A stretch of 64,000 bases of DNA from Octopus sinensis (lineage: Eukaryota): assembly GCF_006345805.1 (NCBI RefSeq), contig NC_043002.1, positions 102,052,001-102,116,000 of the forward strand. The letters run 5' to 3'. The notes beneath the pieces were generated by a model. That model was given only the letters and a program-made list of their open reading frames with translations, had not been told where the DNA came from and searched no databases. Each line of letters starts with the position of its first letter. The stretch's first letter is position 1. The position numbers were made by a program, and so were the translations under genes. Of the stretch, positions 53,693-64,000 are shown piece after piece.

Positions 53693-54639
53693 CATTATTA
53701 TTATTATTGCTGTTGTTATTATTTATGAATTATAGCCTTTTAACAACATACTGATTAGATGTGACGTCTTAAAATTATGTCCATATTTCAAAAGTGGATG
53801 CCAATAACTTTAAATCTATTCTCGTTATTATTGTTCGTGCTAGTCACGTCTGACTGCCACCTGACATGTAATCAACATCCGGTTAGCAGTTGCACTAAAT
53901 ATGGTAGCATCCAGCTTTATAATTGATACAGACAATAAATATATAATGTATATCCTTAACTGATTAATATGCAGACAGATGACAGACAGATATATCTGTA
54001 GGTAGACGGACACATGTAAATGGAGCTACTTAGATGGATATAAAGAAAGCTACGTATATTGTGTATAAATTGTTGGCCAGATAAATTAATAGATATGTAT
54101 CCAGTTAAAGGTGTAGTGGCTTTGTGGTAAGAGGCTTGCATAAATTATCCCTATGGAACTACTTGGACGATCTTATAAAACTCTCTGACGAACCCTAGAG
54201 GCACACCCAAGTACCCAAGTTTTATCTACAAATTCCTACAGTACACTGAAAGGATGGAAATAACATGTGGGGTACTGCGACCTCTTGGCTGAAACAGCTG
54301 TAAGAATCTGCTCTTCTTTCTCTATTCTGGAAATTATTAATACTTTACACATGTATTTATATATTATCTGAACTGTTTAAAATAAATAAATAGACATAGT
54401 ATAATGTCTAACACCTGATGAATACTACCTCTGGATTCCCTCCATTTTCTTGCCATATAAATTAAGGATAAAATCATTTATTATCCTTGCCTAATTATTA
54501 TACTTAGTAGGGTAATTGCCACGCAATAACCAACACTTGTGTATTAATTAGGTATTCTACCAGCAGTATATTGGATAGATACTATCCCTTAGTTGGTTGG
54601 ATTCACAACCTCTAACACTCTTTGAATTATATATATGTA

Positions 54640-54859
54640 TAGGGAGAGTTTCCGAAAAAAGCAACAAAAGACGAAGACAAGTAGTGTGCAAAACAAGCAG
54701 ATGTATTAGTATAACGCCTAGGAATAGGAAAAGTCTTTTACGTTTCGAGCCTACGCTCTTCTACAGAAAGGGACACAGAAAACAAGGAGAGAAGACATTT
54801 TTTATAACAATTACAGAAACCCTTGAAAAGTTCATTCTCTAATTTTGCAAACCCACTCA

Positions 54860-54945
<86 letters not shown>

Positions 54946-55056
54946 AAATGGGACAAGAACGCAAAATATCCAGAAGACGATACAAAAACACGGACGGATC
55001 AGTCGAAGCCTTTAATCTTCAGTCAAGAACCTGATTATCCTCGCAATTTCGGCTGA
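54640..55056 (+). mobile_element. Non-autonomous dispersed repeat (Penelope pLTR-like, inferred) with internal (AT)n
   Basis: The 5' part matches 12285-12500 and 60990-61160. The 3' part matches the reverse complement of 62440-62640. It contains a hammerhead-like motif on the minus strand (54735-54770). Confidence 0.65.
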
Positions 55057-55559
55057 CGATCTATGATGGCATATATATGTATGTATGTATGCATGTACGT
55101 AAGGATGTACGTAAATAGTTGCGCTTACGTAAATATATAATATAGACATAGTGTTTAGCACTGTATGATCTAGAAATTGTTTCTGCCTCCCATGATACAG
55201 CCAAAAGTAGTTACTTCGTTTTGTCTTTGCAAATAAGATTAAGATCTCGCAAAAAGGAAAAATAAAATGTTTTGTGTGTATCTATCTGTATGTCCGAGTA
55301 TGCAAATAACACGGGTTTTTGCATTGATTCCCTCCCACCACATTCATATATAAACTATTCTTCGCGCAATGGGACTTTATACGTAACCATGAGTTTGTGC
55401 TGCGAACTCCTCAAACTGAAAACCATACCTCGACTAGAAATCCATTAAAGCATCAACGACGTTTGTTCAAGAACAACAGCAAATATTACAGCAGCAGATG
55501 GATATTACTTATTAGAGCAACAACTGGTTTTACCTTCATCAACCATCACACCACCCTAA

Positions 55560-56060
55560 CATGATTACTACTACTACTACTACTACTATTACAACAACAA
55601 CAAAAACAACAACTACTACTACTACTCCTGCTGCTACTGCCGCTACCTGCCTGCACTGTGACAAGCATCTTGGTGCAACAACATCCGTCTCAATGACCAC
55701 TGCCACAAATACAATTACTACGCCGCCACCACCATCACCACCACAACCACCACCACTCCTCATCTCCTCCTCCTCCCTCACCCTCCTCCTCCTACTACTA
55801 ATTATTCTTTGTTTCGTCTTCTTCATCTCCTTCTTCATCTTCTTCATCATTATCATCCGCATCTTCTTCTCCTTCTTCTTCTTCTTCTTCTTCTTCTTCT
55901 TCTTCTTCTTCTTCTTCTTCTTCTTCTTCTTCTTCTTCTTCTCTTTCTGCTCTACATTTGGTATGGCTGCTACTGTCTCAGCTCTTATCATCGCAATCAT
56001 CGCTGCCACCCTCTCTTCCATCACTCCCATCCTCATCATCATCATTATCATCATCACGAT
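55560..56060. repeat. Compound trinucleotide array (CTA/CAA/CCA/CCT/CTT/CAT)
   Basis: Visible directly in the sequence; includes a perfect (CTT)n run at about 55870-55942. Confidence 0.95.
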
Positions 56061-56859
56061 CATTTACATAAATTTCCAACAATCCCATTCTCCGCTCAAC
56101 CATAACTCCCTCCCATATACATAAGCCAAACTTGTAGAACTGGGAAATGCTTTGCACGATGTCCGTTTAGTGATTTAGCCATGCGGTATCCTAGTAACAT
56201 TTTCTAGACTTTTCTGTTGTAGCTAGTTATGAATTATTATTAAGAGAATCGACCGATGTGAACATAAGAACAGTTAGATAGATGTCGAATATTACAAGTC
56301 GTCGGTATTTCTGTGTCTACGTTAACGCTCTTATGCACGAAACTCTTTGATCAGCTTACAAAATTCTCTCCAAATATATCAAAGATAAGGGAAAAAGTAA
56401 CCGTAGGTTGCCGTATGACAGGAGTTATAGCAAGAAGAAGACAGTATATTTATTCGTAGAAAGAACAGGGTTAGAAGTATCTAATACTTGACGCATCAGT
56501 CACAGCAGAGGTTATCTTTAAAAGAAATTGGAAAAACTATGCAAAAATGGAGATCTAAAAAGTATTTATAAGAATACAAGGATTTAAAACAAACAATTCT
56601 CATACTTGTGGCTGCTTGCCTTCAGAATGATTGTAAATAACGTAGAAATATATATTCCAAACTTTATGAATTACTGAGGTATAGAACCCAAGTTTGCCGT
56701 GCCTGGTATCATACTACTAGACTCGGCAAACATATACCGTAGAGTACATCAAATACATTTTTTTCTCGAGCCCTATCACTCATAGGGCCAGTTGCCATGA
56801 TTCCATTGCGGACAAGTGACCGAGATCACAACCTTCACTTGCACGCTAATGGGTTTCAC

Positions 56860-57000
56860 GACCAGCAATTTTCGGAGAGGTAAAAGTCGATTTCATTAAA
56901 CACGGATAAAGGGTAAAATTGACTTCGATGGGATTTGATATCGGGTCGTAAGCCACCGAAAAAATGCCTCTTAGCATTTTGTCCGATGTGATAATGGTCC
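56860..57000 (-). mobile_element. SINE family C remnant
   Basis: gataaagggtaaaattgacttcgatgggatttga...aaaatgcctcttagcattttgtcc. Confidence 0.6.
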
Positions 57001-57126
57001 TACTAGTTTTCCACCGTGCAATGGAAAATACAAAATTCACAACACGTATCATTAGCAAATCTTTATAGGAGGGTGAAAGATACTGCAATGTCGATGATAG
57101 CTTCCTCCATGGCACATAAGACATAC

Positions 57127-57191
57127 CCAATAGCAGACAAGCACTTTTCAACCATGCAATACAATTTTTTACAGTTTCTTGAACATCCTCT
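57127..57191 (-). CDS. Candidate 65-nt exon
   Basis: Acceptor ttatttactatcag, donor GG/gtatgt. Two frames are open (RGCSRNCKKLYCMVEKCLSAI or EDVQETVKNCIAWLKSACLLL). Confidence 0.25.
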
Positions 57192-57488
57192 CTGATAGTA
57201 AATAAACCGTAGTTCAGAGCAAGCCGTAAATATATCTCTGTCAATGAAAATCTGTCTTTCTCGTTCTCTAACCACAGTTGTTTAATAGCATCCACTAATA
57301 CATTTGCAGGCGCAATTCGCGTATACACTACCACAAAGTACAAAATGTAAAGAAAGTACAATTGTATTTGAAGTACCAACAAAAGAAACTGAAACTACAT
57401 AAAATTACTCCTGTCGTCACAAGGTTGATCATTATCTATATTTTGGCCTGAAAATCAGGTGACATAATTACCAAGTGTTAATTAATAT

Positions 57489-57651
57489 AGGCGTAGGAGT
57501 GACTGAGTGGTAAGTAGATTCCTTACCAGCCACATGGTTCCGAGTTCAGTTCCGCTGTGTGGTACCTTGGGCAAGTGTCTTGTACTATAGCCTCGGGCCA
57601 AACAAAGCGTTGTCAGTGGATTTGGTAGACGGAAACTGAAAGAATTCCGTC

Positions 57652-57684
<33 letters not shown>

Positions 57685-57910
57685 CGTGTGTATATATGTT
57701 TGTGTGTCTGTGTTTGTCCCCCCAACATCACTTGACAACTGATGCTGGAGTGTTTACGTCCCCGTAACTTAGCGGTTCGGTAAAAGTGACCGATAGAATA
57801 AGTACTAGGCTTACAAAGAATAACTACTGAGATCGATTTGCTCGACTAAAAGCGGTGCTCCAGCATGGCCACAGTCAAATGACTGAAACAAGTCAAAGAG
57901 TAAAAGAGTA
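57489..57910 (+). mobile_element. SINE family A, full length
   Basis: ggcgtaggagtgactgagtggtaagtag head, internal (AT)n/(GT)n, aaagagtaaaagagta tail. Confidence 0.9.
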
Positions 57911-58078
57911 ATTAAAATTTTAATTAATTGTGAAACGATACTGATTTTCTGCAGCATTGTAGCAACTCTGAATATGTATTACTAGGTTCTGCTGAGGAAG
58001 ACTTGCTTAATATCAATGCTTTTAGAATCATAACCGCCCCATATTTTGGTAACAATTTAGGAGACATTTGCCTCTTAC

Positions 58079-58147
58079 CAGACGAGTAAATTGTTTTATC
58101 GTCCCCAATTGAAGATCAGCGCAGTTCAACATGGTGTTTTATGAACT
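58079..58147 (-). CDS. Candidate first coding exon
   Basis: Acceptor gctttttaagttcag, donor CTG/gtaaga. ATG at 58132 gives MLNCADLQLGTIKQFTRL in phase 0, compatible with 57127-57191. Confidence 0.2.
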
Positions 58148-58470
58148 CTGAACTTAAAAAGCGCAAAGAAATGACGCTACAAATTATGGGTGACGTGTAA
58201 ACGATTCTTGCCATTTCACTGTCTCATTTGAAATTAATAACAGGAGTAAAAATGAATATATTATATATAGGCATATCAAAGTGTGAACAATTTCTTTTCA
58301 ATTAATGGAGACACCAGAGTGTTTAGCTGACCTATCACCACTGTCATATCAACGGGCCGAATTTCAATTTCCACCGATTGTTCTCAACACAAGTTTCTGC
58401 GTTTACTCAGAGAAGCATGTCTATAATGGATAAAACTAATTTGCTTAATATGAAATTTAATTAGTTTTCT

Positions 58471-58876
58471 GGATCTTTTCGGCTTGAACGGCAGTTTTTT
58501 CTAGCGGTGTCATATGAAAGTGTCACCCATAATTATGGCCCTGGTATCGATCTATTGCATTTCAATCTGTTTAGGGTTAGGGGTGGGGGAAGGGTATCTT
58601 ATTTTCTTCACAAATGTAAATAAACCCAATCTGTTTCTTAAACGAGGGACATATTCATACAGCACAGAATGTTTTTTTTTACCCCAATGGACGTCATTGA
58701 TTGGTAGAAATTGAAGAATAAAACAACAACAAATATCTTACAAACTATAGAATTTTCTCAATAAAGCCAAGAGAAAAATATATTTTATAATCACATTCTA
58801 CCAGTATACGATGTTTAAAAGTGTTTTTGTTACCTAGAAGTTATGATAAAACTGCCGTTCAAACCGAAAATAAACC
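58471..58876. mobile_element. Second copy of the Merlin-like MITE, opposite orientation
   Basis: Reverse complement of 24215-24627 along its length. The right terminus is slightly degraded and no intact TSD is seen. Confidence 0.85.
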
Positions 58877-59349
58877 CAGCACTCTCCTATATATTTCTCT
58901 CCAAATACTCGAGAAGTTATTAAACAGATTAGGTTTCCAGATGCTCTGGCAAAATAATTGTTTTGAAGCATTTTTCATCTTTGATATGGAATTGAGGGAC
59001 CTCGCATAATTTAAGTCGTCTCTCACATTTGAATCTCCTACACCATGAGAACGTTTGTTCTGTTGTAGTTGATGGAATTTATTATGATTATTGTTTTGTT
59101 TTAATTATATAATTGTATATATTTGTACAATCCGAAAAATCTTGATCGACGCATTTTGGAGAATAATATAATAGGTTTCGATTGTGAGTAGTTGCATATA
59201 ACAATATTTTTTCAATTCAGTCGCGTGGATTTTTTGGACTGTCTTAGTATTTAATCACCGAATGTCTTCGTTCGTGGTGTCCCAACATCTGCTCAGGATG
59301 GGTGATTACGTATGTTGATAGTATATCCATAAGGGCCGGTATCAGGAAT

Positions 59350-59657
59350 GCACACATACACACACATACACACACACACACACATGCACACACACGCACA
59401 AACACACACACACACACAAAAACACACACACATACACATCACACAAACACGCACACATACAAACACACACACACATACATAAGCATGCACAAACACACAC
59501 ATACATACACACACACAAACACGCACACACATACACACATACATACACACACACAAACACACACGTACGCACGCAAACACGCACACTTACACACACACTA
59601 ACACACACACACGTACGCACACACACACGCACACTTACACACACACACACACACACA

Positions 59658-59721
<64 letters not shown>

Positions 59722-59730
59722 ACATATATC
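59350..59730. repeat. Long imperfect (CA)n array
   Basis: Visible directly in the sequence. Confidence 0.95.
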
Positions 59731-60696
59731 GAACATTTCTGCTTATGAAAATGTTTAATCCTAAAGGAAAATTTTGTTCGTTATCGAGGTAAGATTGATA
59801 TTTGTTCAAATCAGAAAGTTTGTTATATATGCTTTCTACGTATAAGAATGTCTCATTACTAATATATGCAGATTGGTAAATTTTCGTTGAGAATTGAATA
59901 CTGTTATTTATTTAAGCATCATTTTTCTATATTTCCGTTTCGAAGACAAATGTAACTGTCTATAAATATTTTCCAGTTCTCACATTTTGATGGAAAAAAA
60001 ATTCCATATTTTCTTAGACTTTCATGAAGGATAGTAATTTCCAAATACATCATAACTAAATGTGCGTTGACTGAGGTTACTTGTACTCCAATCCCATCCC
60101 TGGATAATTGTCGGTAACAGCTGAAATGAAACAGTCAATCATTTTACTTATTAATAGTCTTGCAAACGTTTTGATAATTCTACGATATAATTCTTGCGAA
60201 CGAAATTGTGTATTTTCTTTTCTCTACTCGTGCAGTTTGTTTGCGTGCAAAATAAATAGATCAAAACATTTAATGAGACCATTTAAATTCAATCATTACG
60301 GAAGATTGTTCAGATCCTGTTTGGTAAATATTTTAATGCTTTAACGAATTGGTTTTGATAAGATGTTACAAAAGATTACTAAAATAGTGTTTTACAATTG
60401 CTGGTCAGTAGATATCTGTCTTAATTTCAAATCATTTGCAGTGGATTCAGGCAAAACTCAATTTGTTTTTAGGAATTTTGGTATACTAGAGTATAGACTA
60501 CATTGATGTATTAAATTATGCAACCACATCCCCGGTCTGTCCAACTAATTCAATATATGTAATAACTTTAGAAGACATTTCTTAATATTCTGCACATATA
60601 CTTCTGGACACACACGCACACTCAAGCATATATATATATATACATATATATGTATGTATGTATGTATATATATATATACAGTACATATATATACTG

Positions 60697-60727
<31 letters not shown>

Positions 60728-60989
60728 ATATACACATACACACACACATTTCTCTACTCTCTTCTCTCCTACCCACCTTCTTTCCCCACGCCCTTCATCG
60801 TCACCCCTCCCTCGTAACCTCACCCTCACCCTAACCAACAGCCCACACTTGCTTTCCCCTCACTCGCCTCCCCCATATCCCAACACCACCACACCATCAT
60901 GCACACGTCAAGGTCACCAGCCCTCTTCACCACGCACATACACGTTCTCTTATACACACGCACGCGCACCTTTGTTTTGGAATCACCAC

Positions 60990-61160
60990 TACTGTATTAT
61001 CTCCATTTCTTCCTTGCTCTCCTGTGAGATCTCCTTGTTTCTTTCTGTGTTCCTTTCTGTGGAACCTTTTTCACTTCCCGAGCGTTAAACTAATACATCT
61101 GCTTGTCGTCTACACCACCTGTCTTTGTTTTTGTTATCTTATTTTGTGATTTCTACCCCT
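60990..61160 (-). mobile_element. Partial copy of the 54640 repeat family, lacking the hammerhead-like segment
   Basis: cgttaaactaatacatctgcttgtcgtctacaccacctgtctttg is the reverse complement of the family's 5' part. Confidence 0.6.
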
Positions 61161-61406
61161 ATATATAGTAGTATTAGATACGGAAATACCAGGAACCAAG
61201 AATTTATTAAAGAATATTACCTTAAAAGGAATAGACAGGCCACATTGAATCTAACATAAACCTCTAAATCTTAAACACTATAAAAAAATTCAGTTACAGC
61301 TAAATTTAAGAGTATCTAGTTCTTATCTTCCCTTGAATTCAATCTCTGATATTATTTGTCTTAGAGAATTTTTCAGAATAATATATTTTATTTACGTTAT
61401 TCCCAG

Positions 61407-61470
61407 AATACTTAGCGCATAACAGAGGGAGTAGCCATTTGCACAGGAACGAGAAGTGAACGTTATGTCG
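61407..61470 (+). CDS. Strong candidate exon (5' UTR plus ATG TCG, or a stop-containing exon)
   Basis: Acceptor ttttatttacgttattcccag, donor TCG/gtaagt. All three frames contain a stop, but ATG at 61465 reads M-S to a phase-0 junction. Confidence 0.5.
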
Positions 61471-61995
61471 GTAAGTATTATTCCTTTATTAATTTTTTTA
61501 CTACTAAAAAAAAATATTTATTAGATTTATTCAATAAATTTATAACGTATATAGTGGTTTTTACTAAATAATATTTTTAAATACTATTAACTTTTTTTGA
61601 CATTAAAAAAAATGGTAATTTATACTTGTATAGATAGGGGTAAATCTTACCCTAAATTATGAATTCCCGTAATGTTTATATAGATCGATTGTAGGATCTG
61701 ATGTGTTTATAATATAGTCGTCGTGGCATTCCTTAGGTTTAGCATTTTCTATATAAATCGGTAATGTAATTTCAGGTGTTTAATTTTTTTTTAAAATGTT
61801 AATATTATTCTTATTTTTCTATTTAATATGACTTATAATATGTATTTTTAACTTTGATCCGTTAATAATAAAAACAATAAGATAAATAGCCTGATCACTC
61901 ACTGGTGGATTTATGTATTAGGTATAGCCTTGATAAGCACTCAACAGCGCCAATGCACGTGTGGCGTTGAGTAAAAATATCTTCTTTCCCCACAG

Positions 61996-62006
61996 ACTAA
62001 CAAAAG
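61996..62006 (+). CDS. 11-nt microexon (T-N-K-R/S)
   Basis: Near-consensus acceptor tcttctttccccacag and donor AAG/gtaagt. It is in phase with the upstream ATG TCG. Confidence 0.5.
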
Positions 62007-62155
62007 GTAAGTTATAGTTATTTTTATTGTATTTTACAGTAGATTTTATAAATGCATATATTATTTTATTGGATATAACTTTCTATATGTATTCCATACA
62101 ACAATAAGAGTTGTAGTTCTATTGGTAAAATCCCAAATTTTAATATATACATAGA

Positions 62156-62222
<67 letters not shown>

Positions 62223-62384
62223 ATTCGTCTCCAGTCGAAAGACGCCTGTTGTTCTGTTCTGCTATTATTATTATTATTGTTTATTTTTGTATTATTTTTG
62301 TATTTATATTCGTGTAACATGGTACGTTTTTTCCGTCTTTGTTTCGTACACGTTCGAAACTTTTTTTCCAAGGAATCTAGTGCT

Positions 62385-62551
62385 CTTAGCTTAGTTTTTC
62401 CTTGGGGCAGGCCCGATTGGAGCAATCTCAAGATTAATCAGCCGAAATTGCGAGGATGATCCGGTTCTTGACTGAAGATTAAAGGCTTCGGATGACCCGT
62501 CCGTGTTTTTTGTATCGTCTTCTGGATGTTTTGCGTTCTTGTCCCATTTTG

Positions 62552-62587
<36 letters not shown>

Positions 62588-62640
62588 TGAGTGGTTTTGC
62601 AATATTAGAGAATGAACTTTTCAAGGGTTTCTGTAATTGT
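62385..62640 (-). mobile_element. Copy of the 54640 repeat family 3' part, with internal (AT)n
   Basis: Reverse complement of about 54800-55056. Confidence 0.75.
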
Positions 62641-63231
62641 TGATTTCTATACATTAGTCTTGGGTTGTTGCAACAATCTGAGTTTAACATAAATTAACAC
62701 TATGTGAGAAACCTTGGCGAATATACATAATTATAAATATATATGAATGTATTCTAATGCATCCAGCATATGATACATGCCTGCAATTTTTCGGAGGATG
62801 GAGAATGTTTATCTGATCGTTTATGGTCTCTTCATAGGTTTTCAATGCAAATCGGCGCAAGAATTCCGCCCCCCCCCCCCCCAACACTCTTTTAAAAATC
62901 TTTTTTTTTTTCCGACACAAACCCCCTTTTTCGGCTACGGGGAATATAAATCTGCAAAAAAATTGGCAAAAATTACCACACCACCCCCATTTCCTTCTAA
63001 ATATTTCTGTAATACGGTTAGGGTTTTAGGGTTAGTGTTGGAAAAAAGTCAGAATTTAAGAAGTCAAGAAAGGGGAAAGAGGTGGGGAGGGTTTCACAAT
63101 GCCGATTGTTGGTAATTTTCCGCAAACGTATCCGAAAGCAGAATTTTGGCCAAAAAATTACAAAAGTAAACAAATTTGGGAGAAAATGGTGGGAGACGGA
63201 AGTCTTTCCCAAATCAGTTCATATAGTGTTC

Positions 63232-63282
<51 letters not shown>

Positions 63283-64000
63283 TGGGTGATGTCATGTGTT
63301 TATCTCATACATATCTGCGAAGTTTGGTACTCGAACATAAGTTCCCGGGATGATCTGACTGCTATCAAATAGTTTTGTGAGCAAATATCTAAATTTTATC
63401 CTGGTTGGATAGGTGGTAGGTTGTGAAACGGGTGAAAGCGGAATGTTTGCAGTTTAAATTTTCGTTTTGTGCAGAGAAGTATTCACGGCATCTTCCCTGG
63501 TTTTCCAAACGCTCACTGTTGATCTGATGCTATTTAAATCTTTTGTACTGAATATCAGTCTGCCACTGATACTGGGCACTTTGTATTTGTTGGTCTTAAT
63601 TATATTGTGCAGGTTCATGCGAGGATTCTCCACGATTCTGTTTTTAACTCCAATATCATATCGGATAAATATGTTTTATACCATTTGTTCTTATCTGTAA
63701 ACGGATTTCACTCGTTTCGTGTATCTTTCCCATAAACTATTTCCAGTTATTCCAATATAATTTTCTATTATTGCATCCATAACTCTGATGGTATTTTATC
63801 GGCCCTTATTTGTGCATTGGTTTCGAGTACAGCTTGGACTGTTACCATAGATATTAATGTACTCACCTGAAAGTGTACTTTTATTTCCAATTCCTTATCA
63901 CTTTTCAGAATAAGTAAGTTTTGCTTTCCTTTATTTAGATATGATGTCTGATCCAGTTATGTGCCCCTCGAAGGCATTCCAATGAGATCCAAAATACACT

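Noticed and set aside
60815-60840. Telomere (CCCTCA/CCCTAA repeats)
   Set aside because: Only 3-4 degenerate units, internal to low-complexity sequence.
62395-62460. Hammerhead remnant (ggcccgatt...aatcagccgaaa)
   Set aside because: A stem II-like pairing and GAAA are present, but there is no CUGANGA core and no valid NUH or stem I.
1-64000. A single assembled multi-exon gene model
   Set aside because: Phase-compatible chains can be built on both strands, but with this many weak candidates the risk of overfitting is high and no product was recognisable.

Overview
This is AT-rich eukaryotic genomic DNA, saturated with microsatellites and transposon debris. The SINE families and repeat landscape look like a coleoid cephalopod, probably Octopus (my recollection of those families, not a database result). 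There is no intact long gene, operon, CRISPR array, rRNA or true tRNA gene. Most ORFs in the supplied track are translations of (AT)n, (ATCT)n, (TAA)n, (CTT)n or (CA)n repeats. Recognisable content: Tc1/mariner-superfamily remnants (4 transposase pieces and an isolated TIR), R4/Dong, RTE, Tx1/L1, CR1-like and Penelope-like retroelements, three tRNA-derived SINE families, and a MITE with GG...CC TIRs and an 8-bp TSD (Merlin-like). Short exon candidates are scattered on both strands. The best is a plus-strand pair, 61407-61470 plus an 11-nt microexon at 61996-62006, which splices to M-S-T-N-K-R/S. No gene could be named. The most notable structural observations are a nearly complete minimal type I hammerhead ribozyme motif at about 26491-26565 and a shorter hammerhead-like variant carried by a dispersed repeat (12365, 54735). 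I do not see evidence for a large novel multi-gene system.
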